Below, piece by piece: positions 12,001 to 21,000 of a stretch of 64,000 bases of DNA. A model generated the notes under the pieces. It worked only from the letters and a program-made list of their open reading frames with translations, made no database searches and was not told the DNA's origin. Source of the stretch: Candidatus Omnitrophota bacterium (GTDB lineage Bacteria > Omnitrophota > Gorgyraeia > Duberdicusellales > 4484-171); contig JAHISK010000055.1 of assembly GCA_018818105.1 (NCBI GenBank), positions 4,781 through 68,780 on the forward strand. Reading direction: 5' to 3'. The position numbers were made by a program, and so were the translations under genes. Positions within the stretch are counted from its first letter, which is position 1. Each line of letters opens with the position of its first letter.

Positions 12001-15000
12001 CTGCCGACAGTATAACTAGGATTATACGGCTGCCCCGCGCTCATTAAAATGCCGGTTTTTTCTGGCTTATTCTTACTATCTTTATCGTCAAAACTTTCCG
12101 CTAAATATCTTTCAAAATTACTATCTACAAACTTAAGCATCCCTTCAAAATCAATCCAAGCAACTCCTGAGGCCGGTTTAAACTCTTTTGACTCAACGGT
12201 TTTAACTACCAATTTACCTTCACTGTCCTCTGTTAAATAACTGGTTTGTCCGCCATTAATACCTAACACTAACACTTTGCGCCCATTTATCTCAACGTAT
12301 GTACCGCCAATAATACCTGCTATTTTATCCGCCGGTATTTTCTCCTTCACAGGTCCTTCCTTCCCCGCTCTAAAAATAGTAATACCATCATCATCCACAG
12401 ACACAACCGCCGCTTCTATTAATACACCATCCTGACTTATAATTAACCGTGCCGGATTCTGAGCAAGAACATTTCTCAATTTCTTCCCCGCGGTTTCACT
12501 TAAAGCGACCGCGCAATATGTACCGTCAATTTCTAAACTGCTGTTAAATGTATTTTTACCCCTAACTCTTTCTTTATAATTCCGCGCTGCTTGTTTTAAA
12601 TCTTGCGTTTTCTCACTACCATTAATATCCCTGTACACAAACTCAAACTTCGCCGTTTCCCAAAGACTCAAAATAGCGGCAACTTTATCCACGCTTAACT
12701 CACCCTGCCCAACAGCCGCTAACAAAACATCCGCGTCTCTTAACCTAGCAGTTAAATCCTCTCGCGTAAGAACACCGCTAATATTCCATAGAATAAACTC
12801 TTGACCGGCTTTCCCTTCAACCACTCTAACTACACCGCTATTAATTAACGCAGTTAATTCATTTTCTGTAATACTAGTTTTGTCGCAAAAATATTCTTTA
12901 TCATAATATTCAGCATTCACATCTATCACCGTGTTATTAAAAAATAAATCTAATCTTTTACCTTCACCGCTACGAGCCGGCGGCGGGTTGTATTTCCATT
13001 CACCATTATGGTAAGCCATTTCAAACAAGGCGGTAAACAATTCCTGACCGCTGCCGCCAATAGATGACGACGCTTTCACAAATCTGTATTGGCCAAAATT
13101 CGAAGAATTCGAATCAACATCTAACACAAACATCGGAGCCGTAATTCCTTCATCCACAGCAGATGAAATCAAACCGCGCCAAAATCTATTTTCCGGACGA
13201 TTTTTTCTTTCATTTTCACTCATCACCCCTTTATCATTCGTACCCCATTTATAATGAATTCCGTCAATAGTTTCTTCATTCACATACAAATCCGCGGCCG
13301 TAGGATCTTCTACCTCTGCCGCGCTAATAAGCCAATCTGTCAATAGAGTAGTACAATAACTCTGAAAGAAGTTAACAAATACATAGCCCAAGGTATCCTT
13401 TAAATATGTTTCCGTAATACTCGGCTTTTCATACCCTGCCATCTCAAGCTCAGCATTTTCTTTAACAAGGCTTTCACGATCTCTAAAAATAATTTCCTGA
13501 CCGTTATTATTAGAATCTATCTTAACCATCATATCATTAATTAACGCCTGAACTAAAACCATAGCAAATATGCGTAAAGCGTCATTATCCATTTCTTCGG
13601 CTAAATACATACCCGCGCCCTGCACTAAACCGGCTTGAATAATTTCTCCCCACAACTGGCTTAACTGCGCACCGTTTGCCGCCTGCATAGAAAGATTTCC
13701 GCCCGCAGGTCCAACACTGTAAGATATCCTCGCGAAAGCGTTAGAAAACCTTTCACTCCAAGGCCCTTCCGATACAGATAAACCAGCTTTTTCAGTTCCT
13801 TTCGGCGGTTTTTGATCATTATCAGTAGAAGCCAACATATAATTATTAACAGCCTCGATACACCACCTCAGGCCCCAAATGCCCATTCGTAACACTTGCG
13901 CCAGAGCCGCCGGTAAATAACTTAAATAAGCAAAATTACCCGCGTTGCTAACACAGGCTTTTACTATTTCATCTAAAAATTCAATTAGCTGAGTTAAAAT
14001 CTCGGCTATTCCATTAAGTATCTCTGAGACGATTTTATATACCCCATCAATAATTTCTCCTACAACAGGAATCATCCGTAATATAGTCATTGCTATAGTT
14101 ATAATCCAGCTATCGCCTGACTGATATATCGAATCCATAAACCCATCACCAAACGCTTCCCACATACTATCCGGTTTATCGTTTTCCTCTTCCAACCTAT
14201 GATCGTTACTGCCAGCCTCAACCGCATCTGAAGCGCTATCATTATCAAACTTATGCTGTATGTTATATGTCATAGCAGCTTTAGTTCCGGCAACCACCGC
14301 CGAAAACAGCGCCGCGCACAACGCCCCCACTAAAGCCGCCATCGGCGCCCCTAATGTTCCCGCGCTATAAATGGTAACTACCACCGCGATAACAATCGCG
14401 ACAATTATAATAATTATTGTCCATACCCACCACATAAGACCTTTATCAACATCAATGTTTTCCTCTTCATAATCAATCATATCTTTATCACTTTGAACAC
14501 GCGTAGTTTCAGCGCTGGAAGAAACAAATCCGCCTTCCAAATATGAAATAAACGATAACGGAAACAGCACAACACCAAGACAAAGGACTATCGCTGTCTC
14601 TGCTAAATCACCAATTATTTCTCCTAAATCACCGCCAATAAAATCTTCTACGGCTTCACCCAAATCATCAAAATCAACACCTAAAAACGTAGAGCTTGTC
14701 TCCTGATTCGAATAAGTATCAATCTCCTGACTGCAAATAGCTCCGCCTATATCCATAAAAGTCTCAGTTATTACATCCTGAACTTGAGTAGTAGTTTTCT
14801 TCGTAATACCTAAAAACCCGCTCTCTGTCTGTTTTCCATAATAATGGTTATGAGCATTCATCCACATAGCACAAAGAACAAGCGTGCCGAAGAAATACTT
14901 AAACTCCTGAACCGACTGATACCACAAATGATCATTAGACATACTTCCCGGACGGTAATACATCATCGTCTCAACCGCGGATTTACGCGGCCCGTTAAAC

Positions 15001-18000
15001 TTCACAAAATTATGGGCAATATGAGCCCTTTCTTTATCATCCGTTTGAATAGTAGCGTAATACGCCGCTTCTTTTCCGCTAAACGAATTACGCAGCATGC
15101 CAAACTGAACCGAAGGTTTCTCTTCTTCCAGCCTAGCCCTATCCGCCCGTTCTGTTATACCGCGCCAAGCATTAGCCGCGGCTGTTGAATCACCAGCTGC
15201 TATCGCTTGGCAATATTCTTCAGTGTAATTATTGAACTTCTCATCTTCATCGGCAAAAACCACATCTTCACTGCCAACTTTCACTTCCACGCCGCTGCCG
15301 CCGGGAGCGATAGAAATTTGCGCATCACCATTTTCAATCGCGCGCAATAACTTATTATAATAATCCACTTTAGCCGTATCATACCACGCGTGATGAGCCG
15401 CTAAATCAGCTATCTGCCTTGTCACCCAATCAACAGCTTCATCTAAATTATCAAAGTTACCCCTAAGATACGGTTTATCAGCCCAACTCCAGGTCATAAC
15501 AGAAAAACCAGCTACATCTAATATCTCCCAACGAATTGAAGATACCGTTCCCCAGCGAGGATCCCTTCCTACGGCTTCATCAACATACCCTTCCGTACTG
15601 CTAAGAACTAATCTATAATTACCTGTCGATAATACTGATTCCGTAATATGCGTAAAAATTTTACATCCATACGGTCCATACTCTTCTAATCCTTGATATT
15701 TATCAATAAGGCCTTCTTCAACAAACCGGTCATGATTAGCGTGCATAAACCGAACAAGACTAATCCAATTATAAGCCCCTGTTCCATAAGGTCCTAAATT
15801 ATATTCACTAGATTTTTCTTCGCCGTCATCACTAGACCGCGGATTCAGCATAAACGCCTGTTTAAGATTATTCCATGCCTGATCAATTTTTGTATAATTT
15901 CCAACAAGCTCATAATATGTTGTATCATACTCTTGCGTCTCTTGGTTATACTGATACTTCACCGCGTAAAAATGCTTAATTGTCAAAGTTGTAGTAGCTC
16001 CAACCACTTTCTTAATAGTTCCCCCGTTGCTGTCTAGAACTAATTCATATTGTAAAGTTATCTTGCCATCCCTCACATAAACAGATCCGTCATAAGATTC
16101 ACTGTACGTACCTAACTCATACCGTTTTCCTGTATTTTCATCTATATACCAGAAAGTATACGACCCAAGGTCAGTTTCACTACAATATGGCGGCGGATTA
16201 TATTCAAACTGAAGATTAACCGTTCTTTCTTCATTCCCTATCACTAAAATTGGCCTATCGGCAGGATCTGTAAGCACGTATTCTGATTGATATGGCATAT
16301 ATGTTACTTCCTCAGCGTTCTCATCAATAAACTTGGGAGAAATCTCAAAAACAGGCGACACAATATATATATCCTGAACCGTCATGCGCCGGGAACTTAC
16401 CGGCTGGCCAACAAACATATTCTTAATCGAGGTAAAATCTCCATCTCCAATTTCCCAATAACACGCCTTACCGGCCTTATCATAAGTAACCGCGTAATGA
16501 TGAATAGATTTCGTCCCATCTTCTTCTAAAACATACCCTGTAACTAAAACTCCTCTCCCGGAAGCGTCACATAAAACCTGTTCTTTTTCTTCAAGAGCGT
16601 CTATTTCCTCCGGTAAAGTTTCTGTCTTATTTATGCTATCAACCGCTAACGCGTTATCATTTGCCGCCACACCATCGCTATCATCACTAACAAACAATAC
16701 CGGTATTGTTCCATCAGGATTTGTCATCTCAACAGCATCATCATTCCACATTTCCAGTAGATCTGAATTAACCCCAAAATACGGTTTAGATTCATATCTA
16801 TCTTTTTTCGTACTCAAATATTCTCCGTACTCATCATAGATAAAAGTAATATGATTTTTCTCTATATAATGTTCTTCAGGTAAATCTACCACGCTATCAT
16901 TAAATTTTTGACCAAATTGATCTTCCGTTTCCACATAAATAGTTTCCTTATAACTGGCAATTTTCTCCCCTCTCTTACTGCCTTGTCCAACACGGCGATA
17001 TTTACTATCTTCTACAATTCTCCATGTCGCCGAACCTACTCCCACTATCTTATCTTGACTAACTTCATTATACGCCCCTAAGATAGCTTCTCTATTCTCA
17101 ACCCCGGCATCAATTAACTTTTCTTCTAAATCCTTACTATCAACAACATTCCAGACAATATAATCATTATAATCCCGAGGTTTTTCAATTATTTGCTCTT
17201 CCGTTAAAATATCAATATCTTCTTGAGAAATACCTCTATTTCCAAATTCCTCTTTAAGCGTAATTTTCTTTTCTTTAAATTCCTCACTTTTTGTCCTTGA
17301 AGAAACTACTTCAAACTTATCATCAAAATTAACATACTTAATATCATAAGTTGTATTTCTTTCTCTAATACAGCCTTCATTATTATCTCCCTTTAAACTT
17401 AAATCATAATTTAACGTAACCATTCCGCCGTCTTTATCGCTGTTAAACATATTATTATCATTATCAATATCTGTTGTGATATCTAATCCATTAACCTTTG
17501 CTACGATATACGCCATTGGACTAGAAAACCAAGTAGACTTAATTTCTGTTATCTGAAAAGCCTGACCCTCAAATTCACCCTCATCTTCATCCGTAGAAGA
17601 ATAATACTGATTAAATAAAAATTTAGTTTCGATTTTGTTATCTCTCTTACTTTTATAAGTTCTTAACCTTGTCACCTTAGTAGAACTACCCCATAATCCA
17701 CACTTTCTTCCCGTTCCCCCAGTATGTGAACTAGATACCCCTACACATACACCCGCTTCCGGATCACTTATACTGCTTTCATACATATCCCTAACATCTC
17801 TTGCGGAAATTGCTCCTTGAGATTCTGACCAATACTGATACTCATGAGTATCTGAATGACAAAAATGCTCCGTTGTTATATCTTTAGTATAATCATCCGT
17901 CATAATCATATACATCGGACTTTGTTCAGTCACCACGCAAGAAAGTAAAGGTTTCGTTGAATCTGGATCAGCCGCGCCTAGATTAGCATACATATCATTT

Positions 18001-21000
18001 CTAATTTTATCATCTGCCTCACCGGTAATCGCTTTTACTCCGGCAATGATTTCCGCCTCATTAGCTTTTATCTCATCTATAGAAAAATAATTATGCCCTT
18101 TAAGGGTTTTCGAATCAATAACAACTAAATTATAGTCACGCGATAAAAAATACTTAGTTTCCTTTTCTTGATAATCAACTAATCCGCCGGCATCATTATA
18201 CGTATACTCTATACTTTCTGAATAGGTAAACTCTCCTATATTACTCATTGCTTCCACTAACCCCATATTTAAATCCGCGGCATTATTTAAATTTAAATAC
18301 GGATTTGCCCCGGATAAAATTTGACTAAACGGTGTATGTTCTTCAATAACACCCCCGTCTTCTTCTTCAGAATTTACAAATTCAATAACTTCTGAATTAT
18401 TAAGCATATAACCAATCACTGCCTTAAAATCACTAATTGTCATATTTTTAATAGTTTCTTCAAAATCAGCAAATCCCGGATGAAAATCTTCTTTCACCTG
18501 AGCCAACATTGCCGGTAATTCATTTGCAAATCTCTGCAAACTTAAATCAATTTTGTTATAATTCTTTACATCCGGATCATCTGACAACTCTTCCACAAAT
18601 ACCTTATAACAATCTATATTATCAATTCCGGTTTGTCCTCCCGCTACCCACAATACATCCCCTTTCTGTTCAATTGCACCCAAACTAGTGCTTGACCACC
18701 TCACATTACGCCGAAACGGTTTACCTTCCGGCGCAAATTCTATCCCTAAATAAACCAAATATGATAACATATTAGTTATCTGTCTCGATAATTTGCTCCT
18801 AGTTAACAAATCTTTAACTTCCTGCGGCCAATTCGCCTCATCTTCAGGAAAAAACTGCTCTCCATTAAAATGCTCACTTACTCTAGCTGTCAACGCTAAA
18901 ACAATAGGCCCATAATCAATATTAAAGCTTAATTTTTTATTATCTATAATTGCTCCTAAATTATTAAACTGAACATATTTCCAAGTTTTAGCAATAAAAT
19001 CTGATTGCCATATACAAACATCAATTTTAAACTCTTCTTCTCCCGGCGTACCGCTCAAAAGATAAGTTTCCTGCAAAAAATCATGCGGACGCTCAACAAT
19101 TGAAACCATCTTCCCTCTACTATAATTCCTATCCCACATAAACTCTTGACCCAAAATATAACCTTCTTCTTTATTAATTCCCTGCTTCACTAAAAAATCT
19201 TTTACATAATCTAAATCACTTTGATCTGCCTGCGTACCTTCTTGAATTCCTCTTAACATTAAAAGTAAAAGATCTAAATTCCCCATATCTGTTCTTGACT
19301 GAAGACCTTCGTTATCCAACTCATTAAAAAAACAACTAAAATCAACGACATATAATTCACCATCAATAAAAATAAAAGCCGTAATATAACGCATATCATT
19401 TATTGAAATTTCATAGCTAAAATAATCATCCAGCCAATTTGACGTAGTATATCCCGGATCCATACCCCAAGCATCAGTAAATACAATATTCACATTTGAG
19501 CCAACCGCTCCGGCTTTTATATCTTTCATTTCAGGATTAGTAAGTTTTCTCGGTCCTGCTTCCGATTCCTTTACACTGCCGCGAGTTGCTAACCCTGTAC
19601 CCTGCCAATAACAAGTATCTCCCTCTTCAGTAGTAAAACGGTAAGAAATATTACCTTCATCAGTAGTAACCGTATCAGCAATGGCTTTAACTTCTTCGCC
19701 ATTACTTATATAGGTAAAAGCGCCTGTTTCTAAATTAACATCAACTACCCTGATATAATGCCCACGGCCATCAGCAAGAGTAACATGAGCTATAAATACA
19801 CCGTCTCGTGCTAACGTATCAGCAATATTTTCCAGATTTAAACCTGTAAATCCGTCTAAATCATACCCTAAAATACCCGCGTTTTCCTGTAGATTATCCA
19901 TAGTAGTCATGCCATCGCTGTCAATCAAAGGATTGGCGGCAACTGGTAAGTCTCCATTAGGAGTTAACCCCTCTAATATATAGGTAGCACAATTTGCATC
20001 ATTTACATTGAAAATAGTAGTTATAGGATTTATGGAAGTGCTTATAGGAAGAGTATCATTAACTGTATCATTAGTAGGCGGTCCGCGGGAACTAATACTA
20101 GTATAGGTAATCTGATTAAGAACCGTATCAGGATTTAAACCAAAGCTTCCCTCTGGACAATCATTATTTACTTCATTTAGATAGAAGAATAGAGTTGTTT
20201 GGTCGTTGGCAGGATTAACTGTATCAACAATATCAAAAACAATATCATTTTTTTGAGGAAGTTCGCTGGCAGGAGGACCATTACTAGGCATTATATTGTT
20301 ATATATATCAATTGGTTTTTTACTATCTGTGTTTTCTATTGTAAAAAGGCTATTTGTGTTCAATACTGGAGAATACCCTTGAGAAACCATATCATATTGA
20401 GAACCAGCATATTCCTGCTGATATCCGCCGATATCATCGCTGATAGGAACCTCTGATACACTCGCTCCCACACCGACTAAATTATCAACAATATCATCAT
20501 TATTTGAATTGGCCAATACGTCTTCATTTGCCGGCGCAATATCTTCATAAACTACTGATTCCGGCTCTACTGTAATAACAGGCACCTCTGTATCAGCATC
20601 AGCAACAATCTGCTCAGCCGCTTCCACAACACGCTGATCTTGGCAATAATAAAAATACGTTGTTAATACTTCTAAATAATCATTAATTACACCTTGATTT
20701 TGAGTTAAGACATTATCATTTGTAATAATACTACCATCAGAAACATCAGTATCACCAACAGTATCATCATTCTCTTCTATGCCAAATTCGCCCTGTTTTC
20801 CTCTAATCGGAGCCACAGGCAAAACCGCGACAAAAGGCTCAGAGGTCGGTAAAACTGCTGTGGTTGCCTGATTTTCTACATCAGAAACTTGTGTATCAAT
20901 CCCATAAATCCTAGCAACGAATTCCATAAAATTAGTTCGTTCCTGCGCGGAAAGGTCAATAACAACCGGGGACTGCTTAATTTGTGTAATCACAGCTTCC

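Noticed and set aside
683-20456. Many short plus-strand ORFs in the track (683, 3695, 5053, 6586, 6898, 9421, 10537, 11043, 12049, 14844, 16287, 16633, 20199)
   Set aside because: Antisense shadows of the giant ORF with Ser/Leu/Ile/Phe-biased sequence and no family motifs; only 4887-5156 has gene hallmarks
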